Positions 13,701 to 26,527 of a stretch of DNA of 64,000 nucleotides are shown in pieces (position 1 is the stretch's first letter; the number at the start of each line of letters is the position of its first letter). The notes under the pieces were generated by a model. The model did not search any database. It had not been told where the DNA came from and was given only the letters and a program-made list of their open reading frames with translations. Source of the stretch: Trichoplax sp. H2 (lineage: Eukaryota); NCBI GenBank assembly GCA_003344405.1, contig NOWV01000019.1, positions 1-64,000 of the forward strand. Reading direction: 5' to 3'. Made by a program: the position numbers and the translations under genes.

Positions 13701-14289
13701 TTTAACGATAATGTTACGTTATGCTGAGATGTTGATGGCAACAAGAATCTATAGCTAGTTTTATGAAGCATCTGAGAATAGAATTTCTTGAGATTGTACA
13801 GACCACGATCATGCTATCTGTGATAAATAGATTTTAAGCTAAAAGTAAAACTTAGATTTAAGTGGTTAGAACTTATAGTTTTTTTAAGCTAATGGCGAAT
13901 AAATTTTATTGTCGTACCACAATTTCGAACTATCATAGAAAAAACAACCATTCTTTATAATACGATCTTCATTTTTATTATGCCAAACAGAACATCATAT
14001 GCTCGCTAGGGGATTGTAAACCTGTAAAGCTACTGTCTACGGAATTAATTGCAATTAAATTTTTGGTAGTGTATACTGAACTTAATGTCTCAAATGAGTA
14101 GAATTACGTACTTATGCTCCATTACAATGTGTGTGAAGTTCTATTTGCGTAATGATGCATTAATAATTCAACCTGATTGATTTGAAACCTACAATCAATA
14201 TTTACTGTACTTTGAACAATTGTCATAAACCAGCTTCGTGACAAAGATAACGCAAAACAAATCTCTAAATTACTATAGTCTCCGGGATT

Positions 14290-14740
14290 ACTTCACAAGA
14301 AATTAGACGCCTTTACTTCTACTTTAAAACAACTACATAACTCTTCTTTTATTCTACTATCTGCCGAGCTCAAATACCCTTCGGCAGCAGCTATCATGTA
14401 TGAGTCATAACAGTTCATAAAATTTAGCTCATATCGGATAGTTAAATTAATACGGACATTATTTATAACTTTGGACGTGTACTGAACGATTCTATATAAT
14501 TAGATTAGAGTATGTCTACACACAGAATTATTTATAGTATCGTCTATAATTAAATATCTTCAGGATATTCATCACAAGCGTTACAAGACATAACACTATA
14601 ATCAAATAATATTAGCTATCTTATGAGAACTCTCACTACAATACAACATAATTTACTGTAACAAAATAATAACCACGGTATCACGGAACATTTCTACGAT
14701 AATCTACAATCTATCATAAGTAAATTACAATCACAGTGAT
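14290..14740. repeat. Dispersed repeat fragment, inverted homologue of ~2090-2405
   Basis: tatcacggaacatttctacgataatctacaatctatcataagtaaattacaa is reverse-complementary to ~2100-2150. Confidence 0.55.
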
Positions 14741-15269
14741 TTGAATTGTAAGGAGATTATTCTCGATTCCCTAACTAAACTACTAATTTCAGTTGATTGT
14801 ATATATCACCATAAAGCTAGTGCTATATTTAAATATCACATATCTAAATTAGAAACTCTACATATAATGGTAAATCAACAAAATTATCGTAACTTAGATG
14901 TTTCTACTATAATCTCGATATTACAGTGTATGACACTGTAACAAACACTGAAGCAAATCCTACAAATAGGCTCTTTTAGATAACGAGGCTGATTATTATA
15001 TATAATTAATATCAATACTAAAGATGTAATACAGCAAATATGCTTTTAGTTCAATTTCAGCTTACTAGCTCTCTAGGTAACTCCGCGATCGCTAACTACA
15101 GTTAATAAATCTTCTTAACAACTCTGGAAACCTGGATACTATTTACTGTTCCAACTTATAGCAGCTACTACCTTCCCCTTATCTAAGTGGAAGCGAATGG
15201 ATTGCTATCTATCTCTAGACAATGCAAAAATCATAGAATATCATTATAAAGTCCTAAGATAAAATTAAA

Positions 15270-17560
15270 CGTGGTTGCATTAGACTGACCCGCCTTAATT
15301 GGAATAATGATTAAAGCCACAATGTTCGCGCTGTATCGAGTAAGAGAGAGAAATAATATAATAAATTTAACCCTTCAAATTTTATAAATAACATTTTCTT
15401 TTACAAATTCAGTTCGTAATACACGGTTTCATTTTAGTGCGTAATAGCTCATAATATTAGTGATAGACATATTACATAATATGATGGAGACATGGATATA
15501 AAATTAAATATGACTGCTAAACTTATACGTTGTCACTAGTGTTTTATTATTAAAATTATGGTGTTCGCATTACATACAGTCATAGAAAATTGTATAAAAT
15601 CAGAATTATCTTAACGATATAGAAAAGATTTAATAACAAAACTGTTTCAGTGAAATTACTTATTGTACGTTAACTTTCGTGCTATAATCGTAGCCACTTT
15701 TAAAGCAACGAAATTTAATGTCGAAGATATATAAAGTAAAAGAAAAAATCATATAAAAGGATAATTTGATAAATATTATACGCAATATTTTTACAAAGTT
15801 ATTAGAAGATATAAGCCATTGTTACATTCTGTGATAGTAAGACAGTTTATGGTGACGAAGATATTTAGATAATATGTAGTAAAAGACAATTACCTACAAA
15901 ACTGTTTCAGTAAAAATATTATTTATGATCAAGTTAGGCATACATGCTGCAGTTAAACTCATCGTTAAAAGCCATAACTTCGATGTCATAAGCATGAATA
16001 ATTTATTGTATTATGCAAGCTATCATCTTATTATTTAATGATCCATGATATTAGTGAAATAAAAATAAATTTTTACAAAATATGTTTATATTAGAATTAT
16101 ACGCTACATCTAGAGTCACTATTAAAGTTATGATGTTGAGATTAAAGAAAAATAATATAAAAATTGCGTATAATAATTTATCCTTGCGGTGACATTTTAG
16201 ATTTTCTTGTTGCATTACTAGTTTCATCATGTCAGCCGTAGCCTACGTATTAAACACAAGGACTATTCAACATTTTATAGTGCTTTACCTTATACTGTAT
16301 TACTATCATGCTTAAAAATACATATCTATTGTATGTGGCTGAAATTACCGCACTACATTTCATTTCATTCTATTATAGTTCATAATATTGAAGCCATCCA
16401 AATAATATACAAAGTACTTATTTAAAACAATATTCCAGCAACAAAAAGCATATGATTATGTTAGACTTGCACTGCAGTTATAGCCACCATTAAAGCCATG
16501 ACTTTAAAGTCAATTGTATTGAATGTAGTAAATTTTGTAAATGAGAGAAAATTATAAAATAAAATCAGCTCTAAATTTCCATTTTCGATATTATCGTATT
16601 GTAGATTTAATAAAAATATATGAAATATACGACCTCAAAAATTTATTGTATAAAACAGACTATCATTTTCAGTCCATATTTTAGGAAGTGTGAAATTGAT
16701 CCTTAATAAAAATTATAGAAATAAAGTTTTACAGCAAACGATTATTTTAGACTTACGAGCAATTATTATAGTCCTCATTAAAGCCATCATAATTATATCA
16801 TATGAAGTAAATGGAAAAAATATGTAACAAAATCAGATCATAAATTTTATGTTCAATACAAGATCGTTATGATTATAATTAATTTACTAAATAAAACAAA
16901 TTAGCTTTTGGGCTGTTGAAAGTTTATGATAAGGAAGATACAATAATGATACTAATTTACAAATTACAGAACACAGTTTTACGATACATAATTATGTTAG
17001 ACTAACACGCAGCAGTTGGAATTACCTCTAAAACCGTAAATTTGGCTTAGCATATAATATATAATAGAAATATGATAATATCTTATCATTAGTCATTCAA
17101 GTTTATACGTGTCCTTTTCTTGTCGTAAGGCAATTTGTGATACATATTATCTCTCCATTGTAGTTCAAGATATTTGGTAATGGGTTAACTTGGAAGATAC
17201 TTATAAAACTGTTGCTATAATTGCTCGAATATGATTTCATTTGCTAACTTATGCACTGCAATTGAAACCATCGTCAGAGGCAAGATATCCAAGCCATGTA
17301 GAATATGTGAGAAAAAATTACGTACTAAAATCAGATCTAAAATATTGCGTTTTGTTTTATTGAATAGCTCAGCTGATTTACGATATGCACTGCCATTTCT
17401 ATGATACTATAGCTAGCGGCATTGGGTGTATCGATTTTCATATATCAGGTTTGCTTATATTGTAAAGCTACTAACGAGTTAAAATTGTATATCATTATAT
17501 CATACGTACAACCTGCAATCACAGTCATCATTAAAGTCGTGATATTCGAGTTACATATAG
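15270..17560 (-). repeat. Second, more decayed tandem array of the same splice-site-bearing unit family
   Basis: ttagactt-x-ctgcagtt...attaaagccat...gatgtca-like cores near 15282, 15671, 15935, 16092, 16462, 16748, 16998, 17245 and 17500. Confidence 0.65.
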
Positions 17561-20412
17561 TGAGAATAAAATTTTAATTAAAAACTATTGCGTATACAAC
17601 AACATTATACACTATTTTCATTTTAAGCAGTTATTTTATTCATCTTATCTAATATAAAATTCAATCATGCACGGATTGTAAACACATCAAGGCAATGGAA
17701 ATGCTAGGAAAATTATAAAACTAGCTTTGCATTAAGATACTCCGACACTCCCTATTGCTGAGATAAAGAAATTGAGCAGATTTATTTTCAATAATTAAAC
17801 ACTAAGCTACACCAAGCACGCTAAAGATACGCCTTAAGCATTGGATAAACTATAGAATTATAATCTAATATAATCCAGAAGCTAACAAATTACTCTGTAG
17901 TGACGATTTTAGATAAGCTATGGTTTTCAACATGCAATGTTAAGTCAATTAGATATAACTTAAAGCAACGTAAAATCTAGGGCTGCAGAAAAATAATAGG
18001 AATGTGTACATGAGTAATGTTTCTGATAATTCCTGTATATTTTTCAGCTTCGTAGTACGTAGTAATTATTATAACGTTTATTTCTTCCTAGTGTACCTGG
18101 GCATGTATAAATACGCCAGCTGAAGATGTCTAGTGCACTCATTCCTCGTGCTATACTCACATACCTTACTAATTTTTACTTTATATACTCACATATTAGG
18201 GTACAGCGTACTGTATTGTATATACTCACTTCTTGTAATGTAGAAGATTGTGATCATAATAACTTTAAATAAATTCAATTCAATTTTGATATAGCATTGC
18301 GTACGTATGATCTTGACAGGCAGATAGAAAATTCTTACCGCTAGTTAATTATAAGATTGCTGTATATATATACGTGCGTAATGATTGGGTAGTAATTTGT
18401 GTGTGCAATAAGAATAACGACGTAATGTACGATGTTTTTTTCATTTTTTACGGTATTCGCAGCGGTTGCGGTTAAATAACTAACACATTGTAATAAATTA
18501 TTTCAAAACATTAAAGCAAGAGCCAGTACTTCTTATAATATTTCACTTTATCACATAAACTTGGTTCTTCTAATAATACCATTAACTGTCTGTCTTCGGG
18601 CTAAAACTGTCTAACTGATTACGACAAGATAGCAGAATTTCATTAGGTAAAATAATATCCATTAACTATAACCCCAATAAATCGTGGATAAATCATATTA
18701 CCAAAATTGCTGTTATTTTACGTCCCATAGTGATCATAATTAATGCGATGAGATTGATATACCGTACTTAAATTAAAAAAGAGTAAGTTTTATAACATTA
18801 AAATCAAAGACACTGAATTATAATACAATTTCTGCAAATATTAACTTACATTAATTCAATTAAATACCTAAATTAATTTACTCAGTTTCCGCTGATAAAT
18901 AATTAATCTATCAAATTTATTATGACTATCTAAATCAAATCAAGTAGTCTAATTTTCAGCTTTCAAAAACATCGTTAATTAAAAAAAATTATTAACTTAT
19001 TTTAACACCAGCAAGGGCTGAATAAAATTAAAACTTTCTGTGAAGAGTATATTTTCTGTTTGGAAAAGAATTACGTTACTTCTAAGAGAAGGTGGCCATA
19101 TTACGTTTACTATGGCAAACTTAAAGCAGGCATTGATTAATTCTTCGTCACATCAGCAGCTATGAGATCATCAGTTTGTGTTTGCTACTTACCGAATTCT
19201 TTAAAGCTTGAATTTACAGTAATCGGAAACAAATTTAAGATATTCATGATGCATCAACTGTTATAATCTTCTATTTGTTGATAAATTAGCTCACGAGCTA
19301 CAGTACTCCGATTAGTCTCTCAATAAGTAGTTCACCGTTTTATCGAATCAAATAAATACTTTTATTTCTTAATTACATAAATTAACACAAATTTATCTTC
19401 CTTATAAAACCTGGGACTAAACCAACTAAATAGCCGATTCGACAAGCTGAGCTAACTCCTAAGCTGCTGTTACACAATCGCTTGTATACAGTAGGAATTG
19501 AGGACTGAAAGTATATTTTCAGTAATTTTGATTACTAGTGTAACAAAACCAATGACAATTAAAGATATTGATGATGGATGTGTATATTTATATTATCAAA
19601 ATGTAAATATAATTTTGATCATCTCCTTATCATTAGAATTTTTATCTTCTTCCTTGTGTTCACAATGTACGTCATATAATAGTGGAGTTCTATCAAGTAA
19701 ATTCTGAGTTGACAATATCGTCAATAAGAGGCTTTCTAATTCTTCTTAAGATTCATCACCACCGGATTATAAAATTGCAATGTGACTGAACTCAGGTTAA
19801 AATGAACATACGAAATGCCTAGTCTATATGCTAAATACCTAGTCAATTCGTGAAATGCCTACTCAGTTCAAGTTTTCATCTATTAAGTTTATGGGCGTAT
19901 CTTTATTATGTAACACTATAAACTATAGAAGTAGCTGAAGCAGCTATATTATTACAATCAAGTATAGTTATCGATGTAATAAAATATAGGATAAATCACT
20001 AAATTACATAAGGCATCAATTCATTTCGAATAAATGATTAAATCATTTTGCAAACAGACAAGGAACGCAAAATTAATTGCAAGCATAATTTATTACTTTA
20101 AACTGCTTTACTGTTGAAGTCTACCAACATATATATATTTATTGATTAATATATAAATATGGCTATGAAGTACATTTGAAGATGAATCATTGTCCGATAA
20201 TTAATGAATATCTGCTAACATTAACTTAAGTATTAATATGGGTCAACATTAATCACGATCACAAATGTTAAGACAGTCACTCTTATTCTAATCTCTACGA
20301 TTTATCCACTTATCTAATGCGATGGCTACTAGTATTTATCAGCTGAGACTAGAGCAAATCGACATGCTTCACAGTTGCTTTAGCGCTGCGATTCGTAAAG
20401 TTATGCTTACTC

Positions 20413-22905
20413 TTAAGCTTCCATGCCATCATCACTGATTAATCTTTCTTGTGTGCTTAGACTCCTACTAAAAGCTGCTCTAGCGGCAAAAATAAAGGGC
20501 GGAATCATACTTACGATGCTAATGCCCATAAAGACATAGTCAAATATAATAGAGACACCGATGATTGGTGAGGAACTGAAAGGTCTGATGATGAACATAA
20601 AGACGATTAAAGCCACAGCACAAATAGCTTGCAAGAATATGAACAAATTGGTAGCAAAATAAGCCAAATTCTAAATATATCGTATGTAAGAAAACGTTAG
20701 CTTGAATTATTTAGTTCTAATTGAATATGAATATTGATAGTTTGTTAGAAAATATACAATATTCTACTCACCAATGAGTCTGTAGCAGAATAATTCAAGG
20801 CAATGCCAATTCTTGAAGCTGTATAAGCCTACAAAAATAAAACGAACATCCATGTTATCTCTTGGTTCACTTATTAATTTATGACTACGTGAAATATAAT
20901 AGGTTTAATTTATTTGAAATACTGCATACCATGCATCCTACGATTAGCGAAATGTAGCCCTAGCTGGCAAAACCCATCGCTGCCATCATGAAAATAGCAA
21001 TTCCACCAGCGAGAAGACCTGAAGCCATAAGACCAATATTATTAATGTTTCGAGATGTATTTTCTAAATTAATTTTGGTTGGGGTAGCTACTACATCATT
21101 TGGATATTGTGATGAATGACTAGCTATGACAGTAGTTACAGCTCCAATAATGGTCATAATAGACTGAGTCAAGGCCAAAACAGTAAAATCAGCTCTCTCC
21201 CACATTGCTTCTTTAAAGCTATTAGTATAGTGGACCATTGTCTGAACAAGAACTATCATAGCAACTCCACTAACACATGATGAGAAGATAGCCATAGTTT
21301 TATGCCAAACATTCTAGCAAAGAATATTAGAAATACATTGTTTATAATTACGGAATTGGAAATCATGAAATAAATTTAATAAAACTTACCAATTCAGCAA
21401 TGTCTTTGTCATGAGCAATCAAACCAATTACTCCAGTAGCAAATAGCTAATAAGAATGAATAAATTATTGCAGCATAAATATTTGAAAGATGGACTGGAA
21501 CAAGATGGAATCATGTATATATAAGAGTATACTGTATATATATTAGTTATATATTAGCTAGCTTTAAATCAATGGTCTTACGCTAACTGATCGAATGAAA
21601 CACTAACAGTATGAGAATACGAATAAATATGGCATTCTAGTTTAGATAAATTGATTACTTAGTTTTATAACTTACCATAACTCCGTGGAAATGAATAGAA
21701 ATAACTGAAAACTTATACCATCGCTCCTGTAATATAGCAACAGCAAGGCCAAATACAATAACACCAAGAATAATCATGATAACAGAGAGTGTGAATCTGT
21801 TGATACCAGAGACTGCATAAGACTGCGAGATACTTCCTCTATTTTGTATTCTTTTACCCTGTTGGATCGCAACTATAAGAGAAACAATGCCAAAAACAGC
21901 AGTACCAGCTATTTCGAATGTTATCGGCATATACCATCGAGGTTGATTGTATTCTCTACCAAATAAAATAAGAAATAGCCTGGTAATATTAGCTGGAGAT
22001 AAAACGACTCCAACAACACCAAGGGAAAGTAAAGCCGAGGCCTAATGAACGAAGAAAAATTGCTTAAATGAACTTCGAAAAAGTATCCTTTTTAAATGTA
22101 AATTATATCTTGTAGCCCTTCTACAGTAAACAAAATAAGAAGCTATATTATCATCCAAGCTAGCAATGCTTAAGAATATTTCTACTCTTTACACATAGGT
22201 TTCCCATACATTTATGTAAGCAAGGTGTAGATACAAACGAGCACTCATCGCACGGCAATACTTAAAATAGGTTTTTACTCTTTACGTTTAGGCTTTGCCA
22301 GATATTAAAGTAAACAAGATTTAGAGAGAAGCAGGCATTCATCGCCATTGTTTCTCAACATTACTGAACACGATTTGGCAGAAACCAAAGTTTTTTCTAG
22401 GTACAGTGTATCATAATATACCTCGGTCTGAGTAGGGGAGTCCGAATCCTTAACTTTGAAAAGAACTGCAGCAAGAACAACGGCCTGCGAAAACAGCATT
22501 GAAATAAAATTTAAATTTTATGCAAGGTTACAAAGAAAAATCTTTTTATGGAATAGTGCTTCTGTGTAAATTCGCTAATTTCTGCTATGGACTCTAAAAT
22601 TATGATAATAGCAAAAAGATATCGATATAAACATGAACGACTAAAGTAAAAAATACGAAAATGCTCTTTTCATCCAATTCCTTATAGAATAGATCGCAAA
22701 AGTGTCTCTAAATAAAACTATTGTTGATATTCTATTATATAATTTCACTACATACCAAGACTGCCGACCATGTTGGGTCAAAAATGACTGGACCTGCTCT
22801 TATGTTTATCAAGTAAGGAGTCAAAAAAATGGTAGCAAGCGCAGATGCAATGATAGCTATCGCCGAGATTATCAAAATAGCGCCTAATGTCTGTCCACGG
22901 ATCAT
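20413..22905 (-). CDS. Multi-pass membrane protein, paralogue A (7 exons, 444 codons) with one in-frame TAG at codon 330; possible pseudogene or nonsense allele
   Basis: Exons 22905-22756, 22484-22422, 22041-21676, 21446-21390, 21313-20930, 20828-20772, 20670-20413, all phase-0 GT-AG; same structure as paralogue B; TAG at 20960-20962. Confidence 0.85.
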
Positions 22906-24499
22906 CTATAAAGCGATCAAATAGTGGAATAAAAGTTATTAGCTCTAATAATACAGTATAAGGAAGCATAGCTGAGCCAATTAACTTATAAGAAAAATTT
23001 TAATTTTTATATTTAAATTCTCAATCCAATGCTAAGATTAGACTTACGCTTTAGAATTGGAAAGATGAAGCAAAGGTGAAAAAAAGTATTCTATAACTTG
23101 ACCTGATTCTACAATCCTCTGTAAGGGCCTGTTTCAAGCTGAAATGTTTTAATTTGAATATCCGTATTGGACATGGATATAGCTTTATATGCACTTGGAC
23201 TAGCAATTTAATGACATCATAGTTTAACAGGAAGGATGTTTCTGTTGTTTACCTATTAATATTAGAGAGGATAGCCAGCTCTATCAAGTTTTACCAGAAT
23301 CTCGTCGTTCTAAAGTGAATAGTTGCATGATTTGCATGAGAATAGAGCTCATACAACACTCTTTTCTTGATTAACCATGCCCTTGCTATATACCGTATGA
23401 AGATAGCAACCGGTCTAGCCTACTTTCAATGGATTGCATGTTTATTCTTGGATGCTATTCTTTGCAGTATTTACTTCTAAATAAGGTAAAGTCTATTCTT
23501 AGTAGAAGTTAATATCCACTAGATTGTAACATAACTCCTTATTGTTATAATATATTTTTAACTGTTCTTCTTACGTCATAAAAGCTACCTTCATGTATCT
23601 ATCTCATTAGTTAGTTCTGTTAGTAGACGGTAAGCCTGCACACACGGTCTTCACCTATTCTACTTTACTATAGCTATTCAATTAGTAACGTTGTATTCAT
23701 GCTGTAACTTCACACTGTTATCCACTTTACATTAGCTCAATAAAGACACACAAAGATTTTATAGGCTATTGTGAGGTCATAGTAATTGACAAGACTGTTT
23801 TATTCAGTTTCGATAGAACCTGATCCAGGCAGATTGTGCGGGTTTGCTGGTATTCCTAAACTAAATTAAGCTATTTATCGAGGATTTCTATTAGTTTGTT
23901 TCTAAGGAGGCTAGCTCATGCCTGAAATGGCCTTAGTAAACCTCACCACAGCATTCGTCTGCACCTCGAACACAAGATAATTGTGAACGATGATTTTCCT
24001 ATCGTGATAATTCTGACATTCACATTTTAGTATACGTTTTTCGAATTATAGGCACTACATGTGGCAGCATGCTATACTGTGTCGACCGTTAAGGTTACGT
24101 CATAATTTTTTATATCTTTGCAGATTGATAAGGGTAAGTCTATGCTATGTATAATGCTTACGAGTAATAGCCAGTGAATGCAGGTATTACTCCATCAGAA
24201 CAATAGTAACAAATTAATATTGTGATAATTATAAAGGATATTATATTTTGCAGGTTGTTTGAATTAATCGAATTTTAATTGCCCACAATGATTAATACTC
24301 AGTGCCGATTGGCATTGTTCGGAATGGGCAGAGAAACTATAGCCATTAATGGAACTAATTATTCGTGCTTAAAATAAGCAATACTTCACAAGATATCCAG
24401 CAATATAATATAGTGCGGTACAAAATTACATTTTCTGCTATCGATAGTACTTGAACTTTCTATTTTAGTATGGGCTATCGGTAGTACTGGCTATATTCT

Positions 24500-24737
24500 G
24501 TTCTTAATGTGCAATATTCTTGTAGGAAAACTAGACTGCGCTGAGCCCTGAGTAAATAAGATAGTAGATTAGCGGTGTTAGTGGCACTCTATCTGGTGTA
24601 ATAGGCGTAGCGGATTATTAGTTGATAATACTAAGGATGTTAGTCGTACGGTTATGTGGGACTACTTGGCGCCTTGATAGGTGGTACCGACACGTTTCAG
24701 TAGATGTCGTATGATTGGCCCAAAGTGAGGGATGACA
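24500..24737 (-). mobile_element. Remnant carrying a terminus related to family-2 LTR
   Basis: Reverse complement tgtcatccctcactttgggccaa resembles the 9713 terminus tgtcacaaccctcacttgtggcaa; other end not located, so the start coordinate is approximate. Confidence 0.4.
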
Positions 24738-26527
24738 ATTATACGTAGCTTGGGGTTTTGTACTCGCAAGGCCATATTGAATGTAAATTAGATTTAGGAA
24801 TAGTATAAGAAGCAAAAATAAACTGACTGATATATTACAATTGTATAATATAAATCCAATGAAAATTATTATTTTCTATCACCATAGTCAGAATTTAGTG
24901 TCCGTCTGTGGATAGTCGTGATTATATTTTGTTATTGATACATAATATTCAGTAGCACGATTCAGTGTATAAATTTTTGTCATTGCTATCAGAAATTAAC
25001 AAATTACATGCTGTGATCGTCGACTGTAAAAAATTTCATTTTTTCCTTGATATGCAGTATTAGTGATTTTAGGCATTTTATTTATTCATCATGATAATAA
25101 TTAAGACAAATAGTATTATTAATAATCACTTAAGATTGGCAACATAAATCCTGTCTACTGACTATAAGGTGGCTTAGTTCAGCGTATGTGCTCAAATCTG
25201 ATTAGTTTTTAATGAAATTTCTGAACTTTTTTGATTTATGATTTATGGTCATCCGTATTGAGAATTTAAGACAGGTCTTTCTCGCTATCAATGTCAAACC
25301 TAGCATATGCAATGATGTTGATGGCTCTTGAGTAATTATTTGAAAACCGTGTATTTATTACAAAAAATAATTTCTCAAAAGTTTGGTATCTATCGTTTCA
25401 ATTAGAAATTTACAAGGAAAGCATGAACAGGGATGTTACAGTTCAACTTTTTCAGCAGTTTATTCGATAACGCCGCAAAATTTGGATAATTTTCAACATT
25501 TAGAGTTTTGTTAAATACGAAGTAGCCCTGTCGTTTGCAAAAGTTTGCGACTTCATATAAGTATAATACAAAAATTAGATAAAATAATTTTTTAAGTTTG
25601 GCTATCTAACGATAATTACACTGTTAGTATAGACTAGGAGAGTGTTAAGAGTGCAGGTTGTGCTACTAGCCTAGTGCAGAGAAATATAAATAATGCATAG
25701 TAATGTTAAATTTTAAATGATCTCTTTATCAGCCCAACATTTTTAAGACCGCAACTGTTGAAAAGATTTCAGCGACTACCGGGAGCTAGGTAACTTGCCA
25801 ACATTTTATACCTTAATATTGATTGTGCCTTACTTATTACGGTAATTCATTCACACCCATTACTGTACAAAGCTATATCGAATGTAATAATTTCATTTGC
25901 AAATTTAAAGGAAATTATACATATGTTGTAAAATTTATTCAATATCGAATTTGTATCAGGCGGGCTTATTGAAATCAATTTTAGTATAGAAAAATCAATA
26001 TTAAGTCCAAGTTTGAGAGGGAAGATTATTTTATTACTTAAAGAGTTTTAAATCTAGACAGCAAAGTAAAATATTCTACTACAGACGCGCTTACATTACA
26101 AATTAGTATCTTTAGTTAGTTAGTTTTAAACGAATCCATATTTCATTCCGCATACAGTATCAGCCTCTATATACGGTATTAAATATGGATTTAAACTTAT
26201 GTACTACGTATAATCTCTTAGCAATTCAACGTAATATTACATTGATAATTATTAATGTCATCATATGTAATAAAATAAAAAGTCAAACATGCTAAGCATA
26301 TAGTAGAAATTCCTGACTAATAGAACGTTTAAGGCTTCATCCAATCAACACAAAACATCAGATTATGGATCCACTTATTGTGATTAGTAATTTGGATATG
26401 TGTTATAAATAATTACAGATAGAAAATTCTTTACGAAACGAGAAAATTACCGCAATTTATAAGAGTCCCAGCTATATATATCCTAACAAGGTGAAAGTTA
26501 TGTAAACTGATATTACAATCCTTAGCT

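Noticed and set aside
13442-13771. Overlapping 109-aa and 63-aa ORFs
   Set aside because: No recognisable motif or splice framework; could be pseudogene debris
19580-19760. Possible first exon for the second array (…VHCEHKEEDKNSNDKEM…)
   Set aside because: No signal peptide, start codon or donor matching the 5432-5611 exon
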